From positions 128,934 through 192,933 of the forward strand of contig CAZCMP010000002.1 in the NCBI GenBank assembly GCA_964500005.1: a stretch of DNA of 64,000 bases, given 5' to 3'. Shown piece after piece: positions 49,340 through 58,311 of this stretch. The translations under genes were made by a program, and so were the position numbers. Positions within the stretch are counted from its first letter, which is position 1. The number at the start of each line of letters is the position of its first letter. A model generated the notes under the pieces. It did no database searches and was not told the DNA's origin. It was given only the letters and a program-made list of their open reading frames with translations. The stretch comes from an uncultured Thermococci archaeon. GTDB taxonomy: Archaea; Methanobacteriota_B; Thermococci; Methanofastidiosales; Methanofastidiosaceae.

Positions 49340-49737
49340 ACCCCCTTCTTAATTGCGGCAACTATTGCCATCTGGGGTATCTCTTCAATCATCTTTTCTA
49401 TGAATTCTTTGGAGTAGATATTTATGAAATCTTGATTATTTCTAAGCATGACGTTTCTCAAAGCTTCCATTATCTTTGCTATGTCAACGCTTCTTGGGCA
49501 TCTGGCAGAGCAGGTAAAACATGCTGCACATACCCAGAAGGTATTTTGGTCTAAGACTTCAAGATCGCCTATTTGGACAAACCGTATTACTTTGTTTGGG
49601 GCCATGTCCATACTGTCAACAACTGGGCAAGTTGCTGAGCATTTTCCGCACTGATAGCACTGGAATATATTCTGTCCCGATATCTCTTCAACAGCTTTTC
49701 TTAATTCCAATCCTTTCTCAGAAACGGTAAAGACCAC
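49333..49737 (-). CDS. HdrC-like 2x[4Fe-4S] ferredoxin subunit
   Basis: CYQCGKCSATCP and CAACFTCSARCP. Confidence 0.65.
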   Translation of the reverse strand: MVFTVSEKGLELRKAVEEISGQNIFQCYQCGKCSATCPVVDSMDMAPNKVIRFVQIGDLEVLDQNTFWVCAACFTCSARCPRSVDIAKIMEALRNVMLRNNQDFINIYSKEFIEKMIEEIPQMAIVAAIKKGVW

Positions 49738-51194
49738 TATATGCCCCTCCCAATCCTCTTGACAATCTCCATTTTCTTATTATACACCGATATCTCAATA
49801 GGTGATGTTCCAGGAAGGCAGTGTGTGGCACATGCAAAGCATGGGTCATAAGCTCTAAAGGCCATCTCTACCTTGTTTAATATACCATCATTGACTTTTC
49901 CGTTTCTAATCATGCCCTTTGCTGCGTCCCTTACAGACATGCATATGGCACCAGCATTGTTTGTGGTGGCGACTATCATATTTGCTTTCTCAATCGTTGC
50001 ATCCTCTGTTAGCTTGTAATGGTGGAATAATGTTCCCCTTGCAGCCTCTACTACCCCAACTCCTTCCGTTGGGAGGCCAACTTTGTTCCTAAGATCCTGC
50101 TTTAGAACATCCTTATCCCTAACAAGCTCCAAGGCCCTTTCAGAAACATATAGCAGCTCTATCAGCCTCGCCCAGTGGAAGGCGAGTGTTGAGTTCACAG
50201 GTTTTCCGAGTGTTTCAATCAACTCCTTGTATGATTCATTTGCGAGAGGTGTTGAGAATCCATCAATAACATTAATCCTACCCAATGGCCCAACGCGGTA
50301 GACCCCACTTTCAACACCACCTACAAGCCCTTTCCATCCAATATCTTTTAGATATGGGAACTTCATATAGGTCCAAGGCTCTACATGCTCCTCTATATAG
50401 TTGGCATAATCTTTTGCTTCAAAGCAAGCATACTCCTCATCTAGCGGACTCTTTACCCTTACCATTCCATCATAGAAGTTAAGATTGTTATTTTTATCTA
50501 CAAGCCCCATATTGTAAGTTTCAAGTGTATACGCATCACTTTTTATAAGGTCAAGATATCCCTTATTCTTTAGAACTGTATCTTTAAAGAAGTTTAATGA
50601 AAATTCAGAAAATTTAACGCAAGACTCGGCCATTTGCTCAATATCATTTCTTTCCTCTTCGTTCAGCCCTTTTGATATCCCACCGGGAAGCCCGCATACA
50701 GGATGTGTCGGTTTGCCGCCGAGGATCTTTGTTATCTTCTGACCATATGCCCTGTGCTTTATGACCTCTTTTCCTATCTCAACCCCAACTTTTCCTATAA
50801 CGCCTATGATGTTTCTATCACCTTTTGGAGCATCTGGCCCCACAACAAAGTCGGGCCCTCCAAGGAAGTAGAAGTGAAGTATATGGTCATATATAACGTA
50901 ACCACAGTACATTAACTCTCTTAGTTTTTTTGCAGTTTCTGTTGGCTCGGTATCAAAGGCAGCGTCCAAAGCTTTAGTTGAGGCAAAATGGTGGGCCACG
51001 GGACATACCCCACATATCCTTGAAGTAATCTGTGGCATATCTTCTGCCAATCTTCCTTCACTAAACTTCTCAAATCCTCTAAGCTCCGGTATCTGAAGAT
51101 AAGCATTTTCAACGTTACCTTTATCGTTTAGAAATATCTCTATTTTGCCGTGTCCTTCAAGTCTAGTTATCGGGTCAATTGTAATTCTTTTCAT
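49737..51194 (-). CDS. mvhA: [NiFe]-hydrogenase large subunit (F420-non-reducing hydrogenase MvhA-like)
   Basis: N-terminal Ni-ligand RICGVCPVAHH and C-terminal DPCFACATH motif; Cys, not Sec. Confidence 0.85.
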   Translation of the reverse strand: MKRITIDPITRLEGHGKIEIFLNDKGNVENAYLQIPELRGFEKFSEGRLAEDMPQITSRICGVCPVAHHFASTKALDAAFDTEPTETAKKLRELMYCGYVIYDHILHFYFLGGPDFVVGPDAPKGDRNIIGVIGKVGVEIGKEVIKHRAYGQKITKILGGKPTHPVCGLPGGISKGLNEEERNDIEQMAESCVKFSEFSLNFFKDTVLKNKGYLDLIKSDAYTLETYNMGLVDKNNNLNFYDGMVRVKSPLDEEYACFEAKDYANYIEEHVEPWTYMKFPYLKDIGWKGLVGGVESGVYRVGPLGRINVIDGFSTPLANESYKELIETLGKPVNSTLAFHWARLIELLYVSERALELVRDKDVLKQDLRNKVGLPTEGVGVVEAARGTLFHHYKLTEDATIEKANMIVATTNNAGAICMSVRDAAKGMIRNGKVNDGILNKVEMAFRAYDPCFACATHCLPGTSPIEISVYNKKMEIVKRIGRGI

Positions 51195-52162
51195 TTTATC
51201 ACCTTTCTCTTAATAAAGGATGAAGCAAGTGAATATCTGTAAAATGTCCCAACTGGATCCTTAATTTTAGAAACAAGTTCCTCTACCTTTTTCTCGTCTA
51301 ACTCTAACTCATTTTCAACTGCAAGTACTGAAGCTAGTGCTGATATCATCTTTGCACCTTGATCAGTTACCTCAGGGGTCTTGCCAAAGCAACCGGTACA
51401 AGGCATATTTCCTTTGATGCACTGATGGCCACAACCCGACCTTGTTGCAGGCCCCATGCATATTATGCCCTGATCAAGGAAACACTTTTCTGGGTCAGCT
51501 TCCTTCTCATAGACCCTGTAAATTGTTTCTATCATTTTGTCCTTCTTTTTCCTTGGGCAGTCATCACACAAAGCCTTTACAGGTGCTAAAACTGCACCTT
51601 TTGGCGGTAGATCGCCAGTCAAGAATTTAGTAAAGGCATCCTCCACAATATTTGGAGTTGGGGGGCACCCAGGTATATAATAATCAACATCAACAACCTG
51701 ATCAAGGGTCTTTACCGTATCGTAAAACTCAGGTATGTGAATCTCCCCTTCCTTGACTTTAAAAGAAGGTGTGGGCAAAATATTGTCTTTATTTACTGTT
51801 GTTTCAGTTTCCTGGTACGCCCTATCAAATATCAGGTTTTTGTTAAATAGGTTAGCCAGCGCAGGTATGCACCCTTCATGTGCGCAGGAGCCAAATGCAA
51901 CAAGGAGCTTAGATTTTTGCCTAAGTAACTTTGCAAGCTCTTCGTTTTCACTAGTTCTTATAGCCCCATTAAAAAAGCAGACATCAATAGACTTGTCCTT
52001 CATTTTTTTGAGATCTTCGTACTTGGTGTCCATGGCAACAGGCCACATCAGAATATTTGCTTTTTCAATTACATCTAGTATTTTTTCATTAATATCTAAA
52101 ACAGCAATCTCGCAGCCACCACATGAAGCGGCCCAGTAAAATGCTATGTTGGCTTTACTCAT
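51191..52162 (-). CDS. mvhG: [NiFe]-hydrogenase small subunit (MvhG-like)
   Basis: N-terminal YWAASCGGCEIA proximal-cluster motif and further Cys ligands. Confidence 0.8.
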   Translation of the reverse strand: MSKANIAFYWAASCGGCEIAVLDINEKILDVIEKANILMWPVAMDTKYEDLKKMKDKSIDVCFFNGAIRTSENEELAKLLRQKSKLLVAFGSCAHEGCIPALANLFNKNLIFDRAYQETETTVNKDNILPTPSFKVKEGEIHIPEFYDTVKTLDQVVDVDYYIPGCPPTPNIVEDAFTKFLTGDLPPKGAVLAPVKALCDDCPRKKKDKMIETIYRVYEKEADPEKCFLDQGIICMGPATRSGCGHQCIKGNMPCTGCFGKTPEVTDQGAKMISALASVLAVENELELDEKKVEELVSKIKDPVGTFYRYSLASSFIKRKVIK

Positions 52163-52581
52163 TTTGATTCCTCCATTTTAAGTGGAGATGGTCCTATCTC
52201 CTTAAGTTTGATAACCATATCATTGACAACATTCCTAAATTTGTTTCCTTCACTTGCCGAGATCCACTCTAATCTTAACCTTTCTTCTTCTAATCCCATA
52301 TCTTTTAACATCATTTTAAGAAGTTTTACTCGTCTAAGTGTTTTGTAGTTACCTTGGGCGTAATGGCAGTCCCCGGGATGACACCCCCCAACAAGGACCC
52401 CATCTGCACCTTTGGCAAAGGCATCTAGAATAAATGATGGGTCGACCCTTCCTGAACACATTACTCTTATTGGGACGGCATTTGGTGAGAATTTTAATCT
52501 TGAAACACCTGCAAGGTCTGCCCCTGCATAAGTGCACCATTTGCATAAAAAGGCTATAATTTTCGGTTCAAACTCATTCAT
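52159..52581 (-). CDS. mvhD: MvhD-like [2Fe-2S] hydrogenase/heterodisulfide reductase linker subunit
   Basis: 140 aa, Cys-containing (…FLCKWCTYAGADLAG…CSGRV…GGCHPGDCHY…), located between hdrA and mvhG. Confidence 0.7.
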   Translation of the reverse strand: MNEFEPKIIAFLCKWCTYAGADLAGVSRLKFSPNAVPIRVMCSGRVDPSFILDAFAKGADGVLVGGCHPGDCHYAQGNYKTLRRVKLLKMMLKDMGLEEERLRLEWISASEGNKFRNVVNDMVIKLKEIGPSPLKMEESK

Positions 52582-52586
52582 AAAAT

Positions 52587-54572
52587 CTACTCCAGTATGA
52601 CCTCAATCATCTTAAACATATTCTTAGATTCATCATTTCTCATTGTGGCAGCGCCACTTGGGCAAGCCGAAGCACATGTACCGCAACCCTGGCATAGCGC
52701 TTCATTTAATTTTGACCTCTTTATTTCCTTGCCATCTTTATTTGTAATCTCTGCCTCCAATGCTCCGTAAGGGCAAAGGGCGATACAGACCCCGCAACCG
52801 CTGCAAACATCCTCATCTATCTGACAAATCAAAGGCTCTTTGTGAAGGAAATCTGATGAAAACATCGAAAGGACTTTTGATGCTGCTGCTCCTGCCTGGG
52901 AAACTGATTCAGGTATGTCCTTTGGCCCTTGTGCTGCTCCAGCAAAGAATATGCCTGATGTCATGCTTTCAACTGGCCTTAACTTTGGATGCGCCTCCTT
53001 TAAGAATCCGTTTTCATCTAAGGATATTTTCAGTTTTTGTTTGATGTCAGCTATCCCTGATGAAGGCTCTATTGCCATAGCCAAGACCGCAAGATCAGCT
53101 TTCACTTCGACCTTTTTGCCAGTGAGGGTATCAACGCCCCAGACAATGACCTTATCGCCGTCTTCAAAGATTTTTGAAACTTTCCCCCTTGTGTAAAGGG
53201 CATGGTCCTCTTCTGTTGTCCTGTAATAAAACTCCTCATAGTCCTTTCCGGCAGTTCTAACATCAATATAGAAGACATACGCATTCCCATCGTGAACCTT
53301 GTGCTTGAACAGCATCGCATGTTTTGCTGTGTACATGCAACATATCTTTGAGCAGTAAGGCTTGTGCTCCTCTATATCCCTTGATCCTGCGCACTGGACG
53401 AATACAACATCCTTAACAGGCTTGCCGTCAGATGGCCTTACAATCTCCCCGCCTGTGGGGCCTGAAGCGGATAAAAGCCTCTCAAACTTGAGTCCGCTTA
53501 TAACATTCGGATACCGTCCTCCCCCATAGTCTGAAAGATTTTGAACAGGATATTCTTGGTAGCCTGTTGCAACAACAATTGCGCCTGCATCAACTTCAAT
53601 TATTTCCTCCTTCATATCAAAATCAATTGCCCCTAGCTTACATGTCTTTTCACAGATTTTGCATATCCCCTTAGTATAGTAAATGCAGTTTTCTCTGTCA
53701 ATTACCGGTTTGTTCGGAACAGCCTGCGGGAATGGTGTGTATATGGCCTTTCTTTTAGAAAGACCCTCTTGAAACTCCGAAGGAACTTTTACAGGACACT
53801 TTTCGTAGCAGTCACCGCAACCTGTGCAAAGGTTCCAATTGACAGATGTAGGCTTTTTCTTTATCTTAACTTTGAAGTTTCCAACATATCCTGTAACGCC
53901 CTCAAGTTCTGAGTATGTCAAGAGCTCAATGTTTGGATGATTAGAAGCCTCCACCATCTTGGGAGTTAGAATGCATTGGGAGCAGTCAAGTGTTGGAAAA
54001 GTCTCTGATAGCTTCGCCATCTTTCCCCCAATCGAAGAATCCCTTTCGACAAGGTAGGTCTTGTAACCGCCATTTGCAATGTCAAGTGCAGCCTGTATTC
54101 CTGTGACACCGCCACCAATGACAACGGCCTTCTTTGTGATTGGAACTTCTATATCTGTAAGGGAATTATCATTTTTTACCTTTTCAACGATGCTTTTAGT
54201 GATCTTGATTGCCTTTTCTGTAGCCCTATCCTTGTCTTCATGAACCCAGCTGCAGTGCTCCCTTATATTAGAAATCTCACACTGGTATGGGTTTAGCCCT
54301 GCATTTTTTGAGTTGACGCGAAAAGTTTTTTCATGTAATGTGGGAGAGCATGCGGCAACGACAACACGGTCAAGTTTTTCCTTTTTGATTGTCTCCCTCA
54401 TGAGCTTTTGACCGGGATCGGAGCACATGTAGATATAGGTGCCCGCGTATGCGACACCTTCCATTTTGGATACCTCTTGGGCAACTTTCTCAACATCAAC
54501 TGTTCCGGCAATGTTGGAGCCACAGTGACAAACAAAAACACCTACCCTAGGGGAAGAAGAGTTAGCATCCAT
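52587..54572 (-). CDS. hdrA: heterodisulfide reductase subunit A (FAD, multiple [4Fe-4S])
   Basis: N-terminal Cys cluster VFVCHCGSNIAG, FAD fold VVIGGGVTGIQAALDIA, internal and C-terminal ferredoxin motifs (CTGCGDCYEKCP; CSGCGVCIALCP, CQGCGTCASACP). Confidence 0.85.
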   Translation of the reverse strand: MDANSSSPRVGVFVCHCGSNIAGTVDVEKVAQEVSKMEGVAYAGTYIYMCSDPGQKLMRETIKKEKLDRVVVAACSPTLHEKTFRVNSKNAGLNPYQCEISNIREHCSWVHEDKDRATEKAIKITKSIVEKVKNDNSLTDIEVPITKKAVVIGGGVTGIQAALDIANGGYKTYLVERDSSIGGKMAKLSETFPTLDCSQCILTPKMVEASNHPNIELLTYSELEGVTGYVGNFKVKIKKKPTSVNWNLCTGCGDCYEKCPVKVPSEFQEGLSKRKAIYTPFPQAVPNKPVIDRENCIYYTKGICKICEKTCKLGAIDFDMKEEIIEVDAGAIVVATGYQEYPVQNLSDYGGGRYPNVISGLKFERLLSASGPTGGEIVRPSDGKPVKDVVFVQCAGSRDIEEHKPYCSKICCMYTAKHAMLFKHKVHDGNAYVFYIDVRTAGKDYEEFYYRTTEEDHALYTRGKVSKIFEDGDKVIVWGVDTLTGKKVEVKADLAVLAMAIEPSSGIADIKQKLKISLDENGFLKEAHPKLRPVESMTSGIFFAGAAQGPKDIPESVSQAGAAASKVLSMFSSDFLHKEPLICQIDEDVCSGCGVCIALCPYGALEAEITNKDGKEIKRSKLNEALCQGCGTCASACPSGAATMRNDESKNMFKMIEVILE

Positions 54573-54617
54573 TAAAAGTCATCTCTCTAATTTTGTAATA
54601 TTAGTATAATATTTCTA

Positions 54618-54710
54618 AATTTAAACGTTTTGGTTATAGGGAATAGATTATGCCAAATATTAACCAATAAATAAAGTTATTTTCGGATAAAATTGACAAT
54701 AAGTTTAATT
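54618..54710. promoter_or_regulatory. bipartite conserved upstream element, copy A (18-nt module + 43-nt module), ~96 nt upstream of the hdrA start
   Basis: aatttaaacgttttggtt (54618-54635) and taaataaagttattttcggataaaattgacaataagtttaatt (54668-54710) recur at 56532-56549 and 56581-56623 with 17/18 and 42/43 identity and the same internal spacing. Confidence 0.5.
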
Positions 54711-54742
54711 TTCCCGTATATAAAAGATATAAAAATTTATTT

Positions 54743-56482
54743 TTAAGAGTTGCCAATTTTTTTAAGCTCCCCGTTATGGAAAGCATATACGGTATTGATA
54801 AAAGAAGGTATTTCAGGATCATGTGTTATCATGATCAAAGTTTTATTTTTGCAAAAATCCCCTACATTCTCCAAGAGTAAATTTTTAGTGTCCAAATCCA
54901 AGTGGGAAGTTGGCTCATCCAATATCAAAATTTCTGGATCCTCCAAAAAAACTCTAGCTAGGGCAATACGTTGTTTTTGACCACCAGATAATTTAGAGCC
55001 TCTGTCCCCAATTATATACTCATAAGACATCCCTTTTTTATTCACAAAGTCATTGCAGCACGCCAGTTTGCACGCATTGTTCAATTTATCCTTCTTTGTG
55101 TCTTTTTGGCCCCAAGTAATGTTTTCTTCAATTGTTCCGTAAAATAGGTACGGGTCTTGCCCCATCCAACTTAAGATTTTATGCCAACTTTCTTTTTTGA
55201 TTTTTTGTATAGGTATGGTGTCTATAGTCAATTTGCCTGATTTAGGGTATATTAACCCCAAGATTAAATCAATTAGGGTGCTCTTGCCAACACCTGTTGG
55301 CCCAAAAATAGCAATTTTATCCCCTTTGTTTATAGTCAAATTAACGTTTTTTAGAACGCTCTTATCTGAATAGCTAAAATTGACATTTTTGAATTCAATT
55401 TTGTCATTGAAACTATTGATTTCTGTATCGCCGTCTTTTTCAAGATTCTTAGAGCCTTCGTTAATCAATGCATCAACTGCATTCATCGAAGGGATCTCAA
55501 ATTTGATTCTGTAATACTCAGTTTGAATTGATTTAAGATCACCGCTTAGCTTTAAGAAAACATATATCATTATTCCAATGACAGATATCGGTACATAAAA
55601 ATAAGTCATAGTTATGTAAATTATTATTAAGATCGGAACAAAGTTAGCAGGTTCGTGCAGATAAGTAACATAATTCATTTTGTCATTCATTTCATACCTT
55701 ATCTTTGACAAATACTCTGTTTTTTCATAAAGGAGTTTTCTAACAAAATTTTCTTTAGACATTGACTTGATGTTCTTAAGGCCATCAAGAGAGGCCAGAG
55801 TTTCTTTCATGAAGAGATTTCTTTGGCTCAGGATAGTTGACCCGCTGTATCTGGCATTTTTTACTAGCCTACCCAGTACCAGAGTAACTCCGCCTATAAC
55901 TAGAAAGATCAGTATTGTAATCTTAAAGGACAATAAAAATAAAAGAATAATATAAACTAACAAGAGAAATATCAAAGGAAGTAAATTTAGTGTCCTAAGG
56001 TATACATCCCTATCCTTTTCTATTTCATTTGTAAGGATGTTTGTTATGTAACTTCTCATAGACCCGTTAATGAAAACCCAATCGGAATACAGGATTATAT
56101 CGCATATCTTTTTCCTTCTGCTTATTTCATACCACAGCTTCTCCTTGTTTATCAATGAAGCCAAGAGGATATTTATCAACGCTTTTGAAATAAAAATTAA
56201 CGCGATCCCAATAAAAAGAGAAAGTACCGTATATTCTACATTTATAAGAGAATAGATTCTTTTTATATAGGATATAATCTGAATATTAACCTCTGTAGAC
56301 TGATTTAATATTTGCTCTAGAGCTGGCACCAATAAACTAATTGACAGCATCTCAAAAAAACTTACAACTATGGACAATAGAATTATTATTATCGATTGTT
56401 TTTTTCTTTTCTTGAATAAGCTTCTGATGACAGACCTTACCGAATATTTTTCAGAAATTGTGATATCTTGATTTAATACCAT
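54743..56482 (-). CDS. ABC exporter, fused transmembrane + ATPase domains
   Basis: 6-TM N-terminal domain; Walker A GPTGVGKSTL, signature LSGGQKQRIALAR, Walker B ILILDEPTS. Confidence 0.8.
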   Translation of the reverse strand: MVLNQDITISEKYSVRSVIRSLFKKRKKQSIIIILLSIVVSFFEMLSISLLVPALEQILNQSTEVNIQIISYIKRIYSLINVEYTVLSLFIGIALIFISKALINILLASLINKEKLWYEISRRKKICDIILYSDWVFINGSMRSYITNILTNEIEKDRDVYLRTLNLLPLIFLLLVYIILLFLLSFKITILIFLVIGGVTLVLGRLVKNARYSGSTILSQRNLFMKETLASLDGLKNIKSMSKENFVRKLLYEKTEYLSKIRYEMNDKMNYVTYLHEPANFVPILIIIYITMTYFYVPISVIGIMIYVFLKLSGDLKSIQTEYYRIKFEIPSMNAVDALINEGSKNLEKDGDTEINSFNDKIEFKNVNFSYSDKSVLKNVNLTINKGDKIAIFGPTGVGKSTLIDLILGLIYPKSGKLTIDTIPIQKIKKESWHKILSWMGQDPYLFYGTIEENITWGQKDTKKDKLNNACKLACCNDFVNKKGMSYEYIIGDRGSKLSGGQKQRIALARVFLEDPEILILDEPTSHLDLDTKNLLLENVGDFCKNKTLIMITHDPEIPSFINTVYAFHNGELKKIGNS

Positions 56483-56531
56483 TCAATCAGCTAAACAGCA
56501 AACTAATTATATATGCCAATTTTTATGTTTT

Positions 56532-56623
56532 AATTTAAATGTTTTGGTTGTGGGCATGTAAGGCGCCGAATAATAATTATTAAATAAAGATATTTTCGGA
56601 TAAAATTGACAATAAGTTTAATT
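56532..56623. promoter_or_regulatory. bipartite conserved upstream element, copy B, ~99 nt upstream of the ABC exporter start and in the divergent region shared with fumA
   Basis: See copy A; same order, orientation and spacing of both modules. Confidence 0.5.
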
Positions 56624-56819
56624 ACTCCGGATAAAATGTTTAACGTTTTATCTGTTAAATGAAAATATGTAAGATATTTTCACATTATTTGATTTTTTAA
56701 GGTATTAAGTTTGTGATTTTTATACAAATGCCCAAAATATTATAGATATTTGTATAAACAATATCTTTTTAAAGTGAAAAAACAATACATATACGGAACT
56801 CTCTTTTTCGGGGGATTAT

Positions 56820-57701
56820 ATGATAGATGAAACCCTAGTAAAAAATACGGTAATTGAACTTCTAAGGGACTCATCAACGAAGCTTCCTTTAGATGTCAAA
56901 AATGCCTTGAACAAGGCGTATGAAATCGAGGAAGGGCCGGCAAAGGCCCAGTTAGAGGCCATATTAAAGAATATAAAAATGGCTGAGGAGTCTTCAACGC
57001 CACTTTGCCAGGATACTGGCGTCCACATATTTTTTGTTAAATTAGGGGACATTGGAAACCCTAAACTTGAGAAAAGATTGCCAAGCATTATCATAGAAGG
57101 GGTGAGGGAGGCCACAAAGAAAGTCCCCTTAAGACCCAATGCCGTTCATCCCATCACAAGAAAAAACCCCGGCGACAATGTAGGGGCTTATATGCCTTAT
57201 ATTAATTTCACGCCGATTGATACAGACTATATAGAGATAACTGCAATGCCCAAGGGGGCTGGGAGTGAAAACATGTCAAAAGTTGCGATGCTAAATCCCT
57301 CTGATGGTCTAAAGGGGATAAAGAAATTTGCACTCGACACGGTAGTTAGCGCAGGATCTAAACCTTGCCCGCCAACAATAATCGGGCTTGGCATCGGGGG
57401 GAGCGCTGACATCTCTATAAAGCTTGCAAAGATGGCATTGCTTAGGCCGATAGACCAGAGGCACCCAGACCCTGCTATAGCTGCTTTAGAAAAAGAGCTT
57501 TTTGATGCTTTTAATGCCCTTGGTATTGGAGTGATGGGTCTTGGAGGAAAGACAACTGTAATTGGTGTCAATGCAGAGCTTGGCTACTGCCACACAGCAT
57601 CACTTCCCGTTGCAATAAATGTCCAGTGCTGGGCAGGAAGAAGGGCAACTGCAAGAATCTATAAAGATGGGAGGGTAGAGCATCTGACCTACAAAAGGTG
57701 A
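56820..57701 (+). CDS. fumA: class I fumarate hydratase (Fe-S hydro-lyase), alpha subunit
   Basis: Motif PLCQDTGVHIFF and Fe-S hydro-lyase alpha architecture. Followed 4 nt later by the beta subunit. Confidence 0.85.
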   Translation: MIDETLVKNTVIELLRDSSTKLPLDVKNALNKAYEIEEGPAKAQLEAILKNIKMAEESSTPLCQDTGVHIFFVKLGDIGNPKLEKRLPSIIIEGVREATKKVPLRPNAVHPITRKNPGDNVGAYMPYINFTPIDTDYIEITAMPKGAGSENMSKVAMLNPSDGLKGIKKFALDTVVSAGSKPCPPTIIGLGIGGSADISIKLAKMALLRPIDQRHPDPAIAALEKELFDAFNALGIGVMGLGGKTTVIGVNAELGYCHTASLPVAINVQCWAGRRATARIYKDGRVEHLTYKR

Positions 57702-57705
57702 TGAT

Positions 57706-58302
57706 ATGGACAAAATACTAAATTTACCGCTTGATGAAAAAACTGTTAGGGATCTAAAGGTTGGAGAGACAGTTTATCTTAACGGGATTTTTTTTACTGC
57801 CCGAGATGAGGCCCACATGCATGCGCTAGAGTATGCCAAGGAGGGGAAGAAGATTCCCTATGACTTCAAAGGTGCGGCAATCTACCACTGCGGGCCCATA
57901 ATGGCAAAGGAAGGAGATAAATGGAGGGCTGTTGCAGCCGGCCCAACAACATCTACAAGGATGAACTCCTTGGAGCCGGAGTTTATCGAGAAGTTTAAGG
58001 TTTCGGCAATAATTGGAAAGGGAGGGATGTCCAAACCCACTGTTGATGCGATGCAAAAGTTTGGTTGTGTCTACCTTGCCATAACAGGCGGGGCTGCAGT
58101 CCTTGCAGCCAAGGGGATCAAGGAAGTCCTTGGTGTAGAGTGGTATGAGCTTGGGATGCCCGAAGCTTTGTGGGTCTTAGTTGGAGATAAGTTCGGCCCC
58201 TTAACTGTTGCAATTGATGCACACGGCAACAGCCTCTATGCTGATGTGGAAAAGGAAGTAGAGAAAAACATACCGAAGGCAAAGGAGATATTAAAGATTT
58301 AA
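57706..58302 (+). CDS. fumB: class I fumarate hydratase, beta subunit
   Basis: ~198 aa Fe-S hydro-lyase beta-type protein (…AIYHCGPIMAKEGDKWRAVAAGPTTSTRM…) directly downstream of the alpha subunit. Confidence 0.85.
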   Translation: MDKILNLPLDEKTVRDLKVGETVYLNGIFFTARDEAHMHALEYAKEGKKIPYDFKGAAIYHCGPIMAKEGDKWRAVAAGPTTSTRMNSLEPEFIEKFKVSAIIGKGGMSKPTVDAMQKFGCVYLAITGGAAVLAAKGIKEVLGVEWYELGMPEALWVLVGDKFGPLTVAIDAHGNSLYADVEKEVEKNIPKAKEILKI

Positions 58303-58311
58303 GGTGATTAT

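Noticed and set aside
54634-54980. ORFs 54634-54822 (-) and 54750-54980 (+) near the ABC exporter 3' end
   Set aside because: They overlap the conserved upstream element or the ABC exporter coding region. Tiny, hydrophobic or low-complexity, with no start context.
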